DNA of 63,788 bases, the filler included, from Octopus bimaculoides (taxonomy: Eukaryota), in the NCBI RefSeq assembly GCF_001194135.2. It is 8 parts of 8 records of this genome, joined end to end, with 100 filler letters (N's around TTAATTAATTAA, not from the genome) between each part and the next. Parts side by side here need not be neighbours in the genome. Positions count along the whole stretch, not along the records: positions 48,238 to 50,831 come from NC_069010.1; positions 50,932 to 54,160 come from NC_068985.1; positions 54,261 to 58,745 come from NC_068994.1; positions 58,846 to 60,449 come from NW_026330921.1; positions 60,550 to 63,788 come from NC_068982.1; 3 more parts are not named here. One strand, 5' to 3'. The notes beneath the pieces are model-generated. The model saw only the letters and a program-made list of their open reading frames with translations, had not been told where the DNA came from and did no database searches. Of this stretch, positions 50,330-63,545 are shown in pieces; positions within the stretch are counted from its first letter, which is position 1; each line of letters opens with the position of its first letter. Both the position numbers and the translations under genes were made by a program.

Positions 50330-50831
50330 ATTTATCATCATCATCATAATTTAACTTCCATCTTCCATGCTGGCATGGGTTGGACGATTTGACAGGAGCT
50401 GATAAGCCAGTGGATTGGACCAGGTCCCAGTTCCGGTTCGGCATGGGTCTTAGGCTGGATGCCCTTCCTTATATCAAGCCCTTTACAGAGTTTACTGGAT
50501 GCCTTTCACATGGCACCAACACTGGTGAGGTGATGTCTGTTTTTGTGGTTGGATGCCCTTCCTAACATCAACTAGTTTACGATATATATCATCATCATCA
50601 TCGTTTAACGTCCGCTTTCCATGCTAGCATGGGTTGGACGACTTGACTGAGGACTGGTGAAACCGGATGGCAACACCAGGCTCCAATCTAAATTTGGCAG
50701 AGTTTCTACAGCTGGATGCCCTTCCTAACGCCAACCACTCAGAGAGTGTAGTAGGTGCTTTTACATGTCACCTGCACGACGGCCAGTCAGGCGATACTGG
50801 CAACGGCCACGCTCGAAATGGTGTCTTTTAT
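50330..50831 (-). mobile_element. Two RTE 3'-UTR/tail fragments
   Basis: 50588-50831 is the reverse complement of ~420-655, and 50330-50570 is a related variant. Both have (cat)n tails. Confidence 0.85.
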
Positions 50832-51650
50832 NNNNNNNNNNNNNNNNNNNNNNNNNNNNNNNNNNNNNNNNNNNNTTAATTAATTAANNNNNNNNNNNNN
50901 NNNNNNNNNNNNNNNNNNNNNNNNNNNNNNNATCAATCTGTCTATTCACCCATCCATCCATTCATTCATCCAACTATCTATCAATATAGTCATCTGTTTA
51001 AATTGCTGTATTTTATTAATTATAAAGTAAAATTGTAATATCGTGTACACACAATTTACATAATTTACAGAAATCATAAAACAAAAATAACTTTCAGGAT
51101 AACTTTATATCTATTGTATTGGATATGTGTGTACACTTGTGTGCTCGTGCGTATGTGTGTGTGTGTGTATGTGTATGCTTATATTAGTGTGCGTATACCT
51201 GAGTGTATGTATACCTTTGTGCATATACCTGTGTAAGCATGTTTATACTTGTAATCATGTGCGTGTGTGTATATATCCATATATACCTATGCGTTTATAT
51301 TTGTGTGTATATATATAGTGTAAATGTATCTATATATGTTTGCTTGTGTGCGTGTGTGTGTGTGTGTGTACCAGTGTTTAGCTATGTATTGTACGTAAGA
51401 GTGTGTACGGCTACTTGTGCGTGTGTATGTGTATGTGTGCCAGTGTAGGAGTGCGCTATTGTGAGTTTGTATGAGTTCGTAGAGAGAAAAGAGAGAAGAT
51501 TGCACGTGTTCGTGTATATAGTTATATGTATTCATTTGTAAATGTTGTATATGGGAATGTGTGTGTGTGTGTACATATGAGTATATCAGTGTAGGTTCGT
51601 AAATGTGTAAGAATACGCAATTGCGCGCGCGGGTGTGTGTGTCTCTGTGT

Positions 51651-51682
<32 letters not shown>

Positions 51683-51767
51683 TCACGCGGCGCGTGCATT
51701 GTGTGTAAAAGATTACTTTGAGTGTGTTTTGTGTAGGATGGATGCTTGAGATGAGGGTGATGAGTTT

Positions 51768-51809
<42 letters not shown>

Positions 51810-52149
51810 ATGTATGTAAGTATGTGTGTGTGTATCTTGTTACGCCTTTGTATTGTAAGACAAGTGCTTGTGCACGTGTGTATGTGTATGTGTGTGAAAA
51901 AATATAAAGTTTGCATTGACAGGAATTGAACTCAGAACGCCGAGAACTGGAATGGATAACGGAACTAACGATTCTGCTAATTCGCAGAATGTGTACGGAT
52001 GAGTGTGTGTGTGTGTGTGGTCGGTCAAGTACCCTCCCTGTATCCAGGAGTCTTGCCAAGATTCTCCTTATTTGTTGTACAGTCAGTCAGGCTCCTGTTT
52101 CTGGTCCATTCTTCTAAGTCGTCAGTCCACAAACGTCTTTGACATCTTG

Positions 52150-52400
52150 CTCGCTTCCTCTAGCACAAAATACGTAACTCCGCACCTAAAATTGAGATTA
52201 ATAGATTGCTATATTATGTCAAGCGTCCTCTGCGGAGCAGAAACTCGGACAACCTACAGAGCAACTAGAAAAAAATAGGTGCCTTTGAGATGTGGATCTT
52301 TCGTAGATTGGACCTGAATAAACTGGAAAGACAGGGTAACAAAAGCTCTAACGCTGAAAGTGCAAAGTATCTGTTATAGAAAATCAAATGCACAATGCTG
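52150..52400 (+). pseudogene. RTE/RTE-X LINE ORF C-terminal fragment
   Basis: LKLRLIDCYIMSSVLCGAETRT.......*.GAFEMWIFRRL.L..WKDRVT. Confidence 0.7.
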
Positions 52401-52471
52401 GCGTCGGTAGCTCAGTGGTAGAATGCTTGCCTGCTACGCGGGTGGGCCGGTTTCGATTCCCGGTGGAAACA
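52401..52471 (+). pseudogene. tRNA-Gly(GCC)-derived pseudogene; anticodon now GCT, acceptor stem broken
   Basis: gcgtcggtagctcagtggtagaatgcttgcctgctacgcgggtgggccggtttcgattcccggtggaaaca against canonical GCATCGGTGGTTCAGTGGTAGAATGCTCGCCTGCCACGCGGGCGGCCCGGGTTCGATTCCCGGCCGATGCA. A T6 run follows within a few nt. Confidence 0.8.
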
Positions 52472-52582
52472 ACTTTTTTAAATGGCGGTGCATCAGCATG
52501 GCTGCAGCTATGAGCTGAAACTATAGAAAAAAATACGATGCATCAAGAGTCAGTCAGATAGGTAGGCAGGCAGGTAGATAGA

Positions 52583-52614
<32 letters not shown>

Positions 52615-53229
52615 GAGTCTACACTGACCCAGTGTTATAGCACCTGTCTGGTTAATTATAGGTTAATTAGCATGTCACAGAAGTGCCTCCGGAAGAAAAT
52701 CACATATAGACACACCAACGGACCCCGGGTAGATAAGGCTCTTCAGTACACTTCGTGTATACACACACACACACACACACATTACTTCTCAACCACTTGG
52801 TTCCGAGTTCAGTTTCACTAAGTCGTACCTTGGGCAAGTGTCTTCTACTATAGCCTTAGGCCGACCAAAACCACGGGAGTGGATTTGGCATACGGAAACT
52901 GAAAGAAGCCCGTCATTTATGTACGTATGTGTNNNNNNNNNNNNNNNNNNNNNNNNNNNNNNNNNNNNNNNNNNNNNNNNNNNNNNNNNNNNNNNNNNNN
53001 NNNNNNNNNNNNNNNNNNNNNNNNNNNNNNNNNNNNNNNNNNNNNNNNNNNNNNNNNNNNNNNNNNNNNNNNNNNNNNNNNNNNNNNNNNNNNNNNNNNN
53101 NNNNNNNNNNNNNNNNNNNNNNNNNNNNNNNNNTGTAAAATTTTTTTTTAAGAATTTTTTTTTCTAAATATGCAGAAAAATACGGACAATATGATTCGGA
53201 CAAAAAATTCTAAACATTTCTATAGTTAC

Positions 53230-53247
53230 GGTTAGGGTTAGGGTTAG
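53230..53247 (+). repeat. Short telomere-like (GGTTAG)3 tract inside an interspersed repeat
   Basis: ggttagggttagggttag within a non-coding block at ~53135-53460. Confidence 0.7.
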
Positions 53248-53479
53248 TGTTGGGAAAAAAAGTCAAAATTGAAGAATTTGGGGGATGGAATGGGGTGTGG
53301 GAACTTAACAATGCCGATTTTTGGCAATTTTCCGGAACCTCCGTATCCGAAAACGGGGGTCTTTGGCAAAAAAAAATATATATTTTAATAAATAAATTTG
53401 AAAGAAAATGGTGGGGGGGGGGAAGTCTTTCTTTAGGTTTTTTTTTTTCATTATAAAAGATATCTTGATATATATACAT

Positions 53480-53514
<35 letters not shown>

Positions 53515-53517
53515 TAC

Positions 53518-53550
<33 letters not shown>

Positions 53551-54015
53551 CATGGTAGGTCACCGGGTTGGGTCAATATTAAAATGCATACACAGGAACA
53601 ATTGACGAATACAAACATTGGTACCGAAGTAAAGGCAGCAAGATATTTAGGTTATGTATACAGTTAATTGAACCCCATCAGCCCTTGGGGTAATCTAGAA
53701 ACACACATTGTATTAAACATACGTTCCATAATATACTTCAGAACACGCGAGGAGCAGGTTCCGAGAGAGATCAATCATAGATAAACAAATAACGAACGAT
53801 GGATAGGAGTCAATTCATTACAGCTGTTTCCAACGAGTTTTTTAAATGATTAATGGGTACATTATATCATTATTAAAAAAAACTGTTTTCTTCACATGAA
53901 TACATGAGTCACATTATTAGGAACATTTAAAAACATTTAAAATCTACAGCATGTACATATTTTGAGATTCCACGATCATCGCTGCAATATACATACGTTT
54001 ATTATATTATATTGC

Positions 54016-54066
<51 letters not shown>

Positions 54067-54071
54067 TGTGT

Positions 54072-54111
<40 letters not shown>

Positions 54112-54325
54112 ATATATGTACCACCACGAAACTTATTTTATAGACACAACTCTCCCCTCCNNNNNNNNNNNNNNNNNNNNNNNNNNNNNNNNNNNNNNNN
54201 NNNNTTAATTAATTAANNNNNNNNNNNNNNNNNNNNNNNNNNNNNNNNNNNNNNNNNNNNTGTCTCTCTCTCTGTCTCTCTCTCTGTCTCTCTCTCTGTC
54301 TCTCTCTTTGTCTCTCTCTCTGTCC

Positions 54326-54383
<58 letters not shown>

Positions 54384-54432
54384 ATGTGTGTGTGCGCGTG
54401 TGCGTGTAATCCTTCTGTCGCCAAAGGATGAG

Positions 54433-54764
54433 TTAACTCGCCCCTATCAAACGTAAGAACGGTTTTGGCAGCCGCAGCGTCGCATCCGGAAAGACATGTA
54501 ATCTTCTATTTTCGGCTATTTTCAAATTCCATCTTCTTCGCTTTGATGTTCAGGTATTCTCTTCTTTGATGTTAGAAACCCAGTGAAAATTTATTTATTC
54601 TATCTATTTTATTTATTTATTTATTTTTATTGACGTGTTTCTCCTGATCCCAGCAAAGATCTACATATATTTAGATTCGAAGTGAGAAAAATTTGTCTGA
54701 AGGTATTGTTAGATATGAATTTGAATAAAAGAAGAAGCCGTACATCGCATCATTATTATTATTA

Positions 54765-54821
<57 letters not shown>

Positions 54822-55023
54822 GAAACGTCAGGCATTTTACTGGCTGGCGAGGGATGCGACAGCAGACACAAGTTGGAGAGATAACAACATCCTATACAAG
54901 TCGACTTTTTTCTTTTTTCCTTTTTTTTTTCTGGCACAGGTGGTGAAGTTTGATCGGAATAATTCTGAATACTTTCAATGTTACAATAAGTAACCATTTC
55001 CGTTTGATAAGGAGCGATTTTAA
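54433..55023. mobile_element. ~590-bp non-autonomous element with imperfect ~25-bp TIRs and TTAA at both ends (piggyBac-like MITE)
   Basis: Left end ttaa-ctcgcccctatcaaacgtaa; right end, reverse-complemented, ttaa-aatcgctccttatcaaacggaa. No coding capacity. Confidence 0.55.
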
Positions 55024-55075
55024 CTCGAAATATATTGTATAAAAATGAATGTTATATATGCTGTATAAAAATGAG

Positions 55076-55117
<42 letters not shown>

Positions 55118-55755
55118 NNNNNNNNNNNNNNNNNNNNNNNNNNNNNNNNNNNNNNNNNNNNNNNNNNNNNNNNNNNNNNNNNNNNNNNNNNNNNNNNNNN
55201 NNNNNNNNNNNNNNNNNNNNNNNNNNNNNNNNNNNNNNNNNNNNNNNNNNNNNNNNNNNNNNNNNNNNNNNNNNNNNNNNNNNNNNNNNNNNNNNNNNNN
55301 NNNNNNNNNNNNNNNNNNNNNNNNNNNNNNNNNNNNNNNNNNNNNNNNNNNNNNNNNNNNNNNNNNNNNNNNNNNNNNNNNNNNNNNNNNNNNNNNNNNN
55401 NNNNNNNNNNNNNNNNNNNNNNNNNNNNNNNNNNNNNNNNNNNNNNNNNNNNNNNNNNNNNNNNNNNNNNNNNNNNNNNNNNNNNNNNNNNNNNNNNNNN
55501 NNNNNNNNNNNNNNNNNNNNNNNNNNNNNNNNNNNNNNNNNNNNNNNNNNNNNNNNNNNNNNNNNNNNNNNNNNNNNNNNCGCACATACGTACATAAATG
55601 CGTACTTACGTACTTACATACGTTACGCACACAATACATACATACATACATACATACATACATACATACATACATACATACATACATACATACATGTATA
55701 TTCACTGTATGTATGTATTATGTGTGTATCTGTCAATGTATGATTAGTTAATATC

Positions 55756-55837
<82 letters not shown>

Positions 55838-56727
55838 GTGTGTTTGAATGTCTGTGACTCTATGTCCATATGTGTTCACACAAAAACCGGAAGAACATTT
55901 CTTCAAACGCCAAAGAACATATGCAACCTTTAATTCTATAAAGATTATTTTTAGACTCGCTCTCAAAGAATAATGCAATATTTGACCGTATTACAAAACC
56001 CGTTGGGAGAACATAGGTGTCTAATAGCCCTCGGCTCCCCATTGGCCGCTGTCTCGCAATCTAAAAAGCTCTGTTTGTAGAATGTAAACAGTACATCATG
56101 ATGTTAATATAATCGACACGTTTAATGCAAGCAATATGGTGAGAAGTTTTAATATTGGGCTTTGTGGTTGTGTGCGCTCTTGTACACAGCATTTTGCGGT
56201 GGGACCGCAACAAGCCCACTAACGAGAACCGAACCATGTAATTACACACACACACACACACACACACACTATATGCATCTATAGCTATTTTCTTTCTTTT
56301 TATCTTTTACATGCAACAATCATTAGACAGCGGCCATGCGGAGGCATTGCCTTGAAGAGATTTAGGCGAAGGAATCGACCGGTTTTTTTTTTTTTTTCTT
56401 AAGTCTGATACTTATATTATCGGTCTCTCATACCGAACCGCTAAGTTATGGGGACGTAAACATACCAAGACTGGTTGTTAAATGATGGTGGGGGACAAAC
56501 ACTGACACAAATACACGTGCACACACACAAACATACGCACACCACATACATACACACACACAGACATATACATATACATACATCCGTACATACACACACA
56601 CACATACATACATACATACATACATACACATATATATATATACGTACACCAGCTCGAATTCAAACACATAGGAAGAGATCATAATACAGATTGCTGTATG
56701 ATCAGCTGGCTTTAATACAGCGAGTCT

Positions 56728-56800
56728 GGATGGCGAGAGGATGGCGAGAGGATGACGAGAGGATGGCGAGAGGATGGCGAGAGGATGGCGAGAGGATGAG
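56728..56800 (+). repeat. 11-bp minisatellite (ggatggcgaga) x ~6
   Basis: Direct reading. Confidence 0.9.
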
Positions 56801-57354
56801 GGGGAAATATGGGTGGGTGGGGGAGGAAATGACGAGGAGGAAAATAGGGAGAAAGGCGATAANNNNNNNNNNNNNNNNNNNNNNNNNNNNNNNNNNNNNN
56901 NNNNNNNNNNNNNNNNNNNNNNNNNNNNNNNNNNNNNNNNNNNNNNNNNNNNNNNNNNNNNNNNNNNNNNNNNNNNNNNNNNNNNNNNNNNNNNNNNNNN
57001 NNNNNNNNNNNNNNNNNNNNNNNNNNNNNNNNNNNNNNNNNNNNNNNNNNNNNNNNNNNNNNNNNNNNNNNNNNNNNNNNNNNNNNNNNNNNNNNNNNNN
57101 NNNNNNNGTGGTGGTGGTGGTGGTGGTGGTGGTGGTGGTGGTGGTGGTGGTGGTGACAATCACGATAGCGATGGTAATAATGATGATGATGATGGTGATG
57201 ATGACGATGAAATCGACGACGACGACCACGATGATGATGATGATGGTGATGATGATGATGATGATGAATAGAAAGGATTATGACGATGATGATAATGATG
57301 ATGATGATGATGCTGATGATGATGATGATGATGATGAATAAAAAAGATTATGAC

Positions 57355-57393
<39 letters not shown>

Positions 57394-57447
57394 TAAAAAG
57401 GATTATGACGATAATGATGCTGATGATGCTGATGATGATGATGATTG

Positions 57448-57498
<51 letters not shown>

Positions 57499-58845
57499 AT
57501 AAAAAGGATTATGACGATGATGATGCTGATGATGATGATGATGAAGAAAATAATGATGATGGGTAGTGGGGATAATGATGAGGATGAGGACAATTATATA
57601 CTGCTACTGCTGATGATGATGCTGAATATAATGGTTGTGGTGATGGTGGTGGTGGTGGTAGTGGTAGTGGCGGTGGCGGTGTTATGTTAAGGATAAATGG
57701 TAATGGTGGTAATGGTGGTGATGATGAATATGATTGTAATTTATCAGGCGTGGGCAACCATTTTGAGAACACGGACCACATATGACATGTCTCATGATCC
57801 GGCAGGCCGCACTACTAATAAAAGATTCCAGGTAACTTTTTTTTTTTCGTTAGGGGGTGCAATTCATAAAATCCGCCAGGACGCACTTTGCTAATACCTG
57901 ATCAAACACATCTCCGACAATTAGTCGGAATGGCCACGGCTGGATAGTTTTCCTCGTTTGGACATATGTCTACACGTTCGAGGTCGAGACTCACCTGGAA
58001 CTAAACACAACTGCCAACAACAACAACAGCACTGTTACCACCACTATCACCACTAACAACAACATTATGTCCAAATGAACCCACGAGCGAAGTTCCTTAT
58101 GTGTCTGTTAGAAATAGCCACCACACCGCCCCAAAATTACATCGCAATGCCTTAAATCGAAGGAGTTCAGTAGATCAGAAGTTCTCAGATTAACAGACTT
58201 TAGGTCCCTACCCTGAACTGTATTAGGGAAATGCTGGGGTCCTTTTCCCTATACATTGATGAGAAAATAATAAAATAGAATTTTCATTTAAATCATTGTT
58301 TCACTATCATATANNNNNNNNNNTATATATATATACATATATATGTATATATATATATATAGAGAGAGAGATATGTATATGTATTTTTATACATTGTTTA
58401 TCAATATATATATTTTACCTAAATACAAACACACACACATTATATATATAATACATTATATATGCTTATGTATGTATCTGTATGTATGTATGAGTATGTT
58501 TATGCATGTAAGTATGTATGTATGTATGTGTATATATGTGCGTATGTATGTATGTATCTGTATGTATGTGAGTATGTATGTACGTATACAGCGAATGTAT
58601 TATAAATGACAACACACACGCACACAATATACACTGATAGCCCTGGTGGTTATCCATAGAACCGAGAAGAAGGTGAGTGAGATTTCCATTGTTTTTAAAC
58701 TCACAGACACTTGTTTGTCTACTGTGATAACCTCCCTCCCTCCCTNNNNNNNNNNNNNNNNNNNNNNNNNNNNNNNNNNNNNNNNNNNNTTAATTAATTA
58801 ANNNNNNNNNNNNNNNNNNNNNNNNNNNNNNNNNNNNNNNNNNNN

Positions 58846-58876
<31 letters not shown>

Positions 58877-60019
58877 GGATAGATAGATAGATGTAACATG
58901 ATTTTCTGTTTTGGGTTTTCCTTCGCCACTGAATACGATTATGTGCATGCGAATGTGTTCATTGCAAATGTCGTTAATCCTGAAAAGTTTGTGGCATGAA
59001 CCATTTGTAATAGTCACCGAATCTGTTAAGAAAATGGATGGAAGTTTACCGAGGCCGGATGTCTTCTAGAAAATTCTTGCACCAAGGGGGACTTAAGACT
59101 AAGACTAGTAAATTTGAAAATTAAGTAAGTCACCGAAGATATGATATAAGGAGCATCTACCGCAAAGAACTCGTCCGCGACTGTTTCAGTGTCTATATTC
59201 GACCGTCTTTGAGTACTTTATATATTTTATCGATCTCATGAATGATAAAAGGCAAAAAACAAACAAACAAACAAACAAACAAACAAAATAAACTTCGGGT
59301 GATTTGTACATATAGTCCAGAGATCCGACTGAAATATCATTGAGTTATATGATCTGGTCGCTCTGATAATGCACCTACATATATTTGTTAGATATAAAAT
59401 CAACATCAACTGTGTTGAAATGAACAAAGGAGGAGACATATTAAGCCACAAAAGAAAAAAGAAAAAAGCCCTTTGGAGATCGTCTTATAGCAAGAACCCA
59501 ACAATGTGGTTTACGCATCGATAATTCTTTATGGTATCCACATTAAAACGACGAGTCTGAATCAGTCAGATGTCAACCCACTGCCAGAAGAAGTACGACT
59601 GTATAGAAACGTTCAATCGACAACACTAGACTGCCAAAAAAAAAAAAAAAAAAAAGAGAAAAGAAGAAGAAAAAGCCCCATGTGATGTTACTAAGTATTT
59701 TCTACATGTGAAAGTGAATGCCAAACCAAGGTTAGGGATCATTAGAAGGCTCTAGAAAAAAGCTGCTAAGATAGACCATTCAATTCAGTTATGCTCATAT
59801 TAGGGAACGAATTGTCAAATGTGAAAACATACATTATATATATATATATATATATATGCAAATATATATATATGTACGTATATATGTATATATATGTTTA
59901 TATGTACATCTATTTTCATATATGCATGTATATATATATATATGTATATATCAATGTATGATGTGTACACACACACATATATACAGAAATATATGCACCT
60001 TTATTTTTTTCATTCTTTT

Positions 60020-60261
60020 ATTTGTTTCAGTCATTTGACCACGACCATACTGGAGCACCACCTTTAGTCGAGCAAATCGACCCCAGGACTTATTCTTTGT
60101 CAGCCTCGTATCTATTCTACCGGTCTCTTTGACGGAAAGCTAAGTTACGGAGACGTAAACACACTAGCATCGATTGTCAAGCTATGTTGGGGGGACAAAC
60201 TCACACACACACACACACACACATATGTATGTATATATATATATATATATANNNNNNNNNN

Positions 60262-60297
<36 letters not shown>

Positions 60298-60449
60298 GAC
60301 CGGTCTTCTTTCAGTTTCCGTGTACCAAATCCACTCAGAAGGTTTTGGCCGGCCTGTGACTATATTAGAAGACACATGCCCATGGTGTCACGCAGTGAAC
60401 CTGAACCCGGAACCATGTAGTTGGTAAGCAAGCTACTTACCACACAGCC
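60020..60449 (-). mobile_element. tRNA-derived SINE (OR/OK-type), diverged copy
   Basis: Same two-part sequence as 21107-21517. Confidence 0.82.
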
Positions 60450-60549
60450 NNNNNNNNNNNNNNNNNNNNNNNNNNNNNNNNNNNNNNNNNNNNTTAATTA
60501 ATTAANNNNNNNNNNNNNNNNNNNNNNNNNNNNNNNNNNNNNNNNNNNN

Positions 60550-60770
60550 CAACGATCCCGCTCAAAACATTTCATGTGTCACCCGCACAAGAGCCAGTCC
60601 AGGGTCACTGGCAACGATCTCGCTCGAAAGATTTCATGTGTTGCCCGCACATGAGCCAGTCCAGGGGCACCGGCAACGATCCCGCTCGAAAAACCTCATG
60701 TGTCACCCGCACAAGAGCCGGCCCAGGAGCGTCGCCTGCACATGAGCCAGTCCAGGGGCACTGGCAACGA
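60550..60770 (-). repeat. ~62-bp tandem repeat related to the RTE 3' UTR
   Basis: caacgatc.cgctc.aaa...ttcatgtgt..cccgcaca.gagccagtccaggg.cac.gg x ~3.5. Its reverse complement matches ~330-430. Confidence 0.8.
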
Positions 60771-61439
60771 ACCGGCTCATATACACAAAGAATAATTTAA
60801 ACAGCGTGTTGGTGTATCTTAGACAATATGGTTAGAGGGTAATAAGATAACCGGTTAATACTGTCTGTAAAAGTCAGGAAGGTAAAGGAGGAGAGTGAAA
60901 ATAAATTAGACTAAATTAAAATAAAATAAACAAGATAAATAAAATAAAGTAAAAAAGAATAGAGTACAAAGAGGTTTAATTTTCGTGATAGATTTAGGGA
61001 TATGAAAGTGTAAAGAATTTAGTTTGATGCTCTATTATCTTTACCATTCCATTACTTTAAGTAATAAAATACTATTAGTAAATGATAATTACTTTGACGT
61101 TTGGTAATAACAACAGAAGCATTGAACTGATAAATAAGATTATTCTGGTGAAAATAAGATAAATTAGAAAATGTATAAGTTGAAAGATGTTTTAACTCTC
61201 TAATTGGACATATCAATAGAGAGGAAAAGTGGTATTTCTCTAGGAGATATGTAATGTTTTCATCTTGCTGCTCTTAAACACAACAAAGTCACTAGGGCTC
61301 AAAATGTAACTAAAGTAATTTATAAAGCAAGCTAATAAAAATACTTTAAAAGAACTTAAAATCTAGAGTAGGAATCAGTCTCTAGTATACAGAGATTGAG
61401 TGACATAAAATCACTGATAAACATATTCCAGCCTCAGGC

Positions 61440-61700
61440 CTACAGATGCACTGTCTCCTTTGTCTATTTCTTTTCAGTGCTACTATAATGGCGTCTGCTC
61501 CTCAGAGCCTGCTGAATTCATGCAACCTTCATTCAAGTATTCCCAACCCAGCCCCTCCTCCTTTCATCAATTTTGTTGCAACCAAACCACAAGATCTACT
61601 TCAGACCACTAAACCTTGTCTTTTCTTCCTAAAGTGTCAGCTTTCTTAACTCCTTCCATACTTATGTCTTTTCTCAGAGTGAGGACTTACAATGGTTCAA
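61440..61700 (+). pseudogene. Degenerate CR1/Jockey-group LINE ORF2 C-terminal fragment
   Basis: LSPLSISFQCYYNGVCSSEPAEF ... LSF.PKVS..NSLP resembles SLSLFYRYY.G.CS.EL...SF.PRT..LWNSLP. Confidence 0.5.
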
Positions 61701-62526
61701 AAAGAACATTACAGTCTTAGAGGGCCTACAAAGGCCATGGTTACTACCCCAGCGTCCAGACCTAACAAGTATAAATAAAAAACAGAACAGTATACTGAAT
61801 ACTGGAAGTTACTGAGACAATAAAATAATTCTTTCTCAACTTGGAACAAAGCTTATAATTTTCAGGGAAGGTGGAAACCAGTTGATTATGTCAACCCCAG
61901 TATTTAACAGGTAATTTATTTGGTCAACCCAGAAAGGATGGATGGCAAAATTGACCTTGGTGGGATTTAAGCTCAGAACATGAACAGCCAAGTAATTTGC
62001 CCGATGTGTTAAAGAATCTGCCAGCTCACCACATTGAAGCAATAAAATAATGATTTACGTTTATTATACACTTCAAGTTTCAATTAAGCTAAGCTCAACT
62101 TCAGTACCCATCAGCCTGGGATCAGTAAAATAAGAACCAGTAATATAATGAGGTTAACTCAATCAACTAGAAATACTTCACCTTACAAAACACTGACCAA
62201 ACCAAACTATAAAATTACACCATTGCATGTACACTTAGTCTAATGAGGTAGGAAATAATATTCTAGAAAAGTTTGTTTTTACTTTCCTCAAACTAGTATA
62301 AAAGCTGACGTACATTTCTCACTTCTTTTTTTTTTTTTTCAGATTTATTTCTTTTTCTGTTCTTGGCCCATTGCTTTAACAATAAGTGTAGTTCTTTATT
62401 ATTCTTTCTTTAGACAAAATGACATGCTTCCTTAAGTGCAGAGTCCAAATTGCCTTTATGTGACAGCTGGGATTTTAGCTAGTAATTTGAAAGCATTAAA
62501 TGAACCAGGTTGTTACTCTGACTCAC

Positions 62527-62583
<57 letters not shown>

Positions 62584-62913
62584 TCTCTCTCTCTCCCTCT
62601 ATCTATCTATCTTTCTCTCTCTCTCTCTCTCATTCTCTCTCACTCTCTCTTATTCTTTTTCTCTTTCTTTCTCTTTTTCTGTCTTTCTCTTTCTATATTC
62701 TCTCTTTTTCTTTCTCTTTACATTCTATCTTTCTCTTCTCTCCAGTTCCTCTCTCTCTTTCTTTCACTCCATCCCTCCATACTTTCTTATTTTCTCTCTC
62801 TCTCTCTCTCTCTCTCTCCTAGTTTTCTATCTTTCTCTTTCTATCTTCTCTGTTTTTCTGTAGTCTCTTTCTTTCTCTTCTCCCCACTTTTCTCTATTCC
62901 TCGTCTATATTCC

Positions 62914-62952
<39 letters not shown>

Positions 62953-63312
62953 TCTCTCTCTCATTTTTTCTTTCTTGTGTATACAAATACTTTGTATTTA
63001 GAAAATTCAAGGTTAGATGTTATCTATGCTTAATGTACTGAATAGTCTAATTTTTTTATGAGTTTTCAATGAAGACTACTATAAGTAAAGACACTGAACA
63101 GCCACAACAGAAGCAGCAACACTATCAGCAAGCTGACCAAAACCTTTTCCACCACTGTGTACTTTCATAAATAACTATCACAGAGTTTATTTACTGTAAG
63201 TTGAAGAACTTCAGATTAACTGATGTTAGTTATGCAAATAACAAACAGAGAAACTTTTCAAGAGGTTCCATGTATAATTTCTGTAAACTGAAAATTTTCA
63301 CTTTACTATATA

Positions 63313-63470
63313 AGGAGTGGCTGTAAAGTAAGAAGCTTGCTTCCCAACCACATGGTACCAGGTTCAGTCCTGATGTGTGGCTACTTGTGCAAGTGTCTTC
63401 TACTGTAGCTACAAGCCAATCAAAGCCTTGTGAGTGGATTTGGTAGACAGAAACAGAAAGAAGTCCGTCC
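63313..63470 (+). mobile_element. 5' half of an OR/OK-type SINE, CpG-decayed
   Basis: ggagtggctgtaaagtaagaagcttgcttcccaaccacatggtaccaggttcagtcc...gtggatttggtagacagaaac. Confidence 0.8.
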
Positions 63471-63502
<32 letters not shown>

Positions 63503-63513
63503 ATACAAAGAAT

Positions 63514-63545
63514 ATACTAGCAGAAACACCCGGCGTTGCCCGGGT
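63514..63545 (+). mobile_element. Possible 5' end of a Helentron-associated (HINE/DINE-type) element
   Basis: atactagcagaaacacccggcgttgcccggg: an ACTAG start plus a subterminal CCCGG...CCGGG hairpin, as recalled for this class. Confidence 0.45.

Noticed and set aside
53230-53247. TTAGGG repeats as a chromosome-fusion or telomere scar
   Set aside because: Only three units, embedded in what looks like an ordinary interspersed repeat.
58225-58270. WGP motif as the SLC6 terminal exon
   Set aside because: Wrong splice phase (phase 0 is needed), an upstream in-frame stop and no further similarity.
62436-63033. Ser/Leu/Phe-rich ORFs that resemble membrane proteins
   Set aside because: They are translations of (CT)n and pyrimidine-rich low-complexity sequence.
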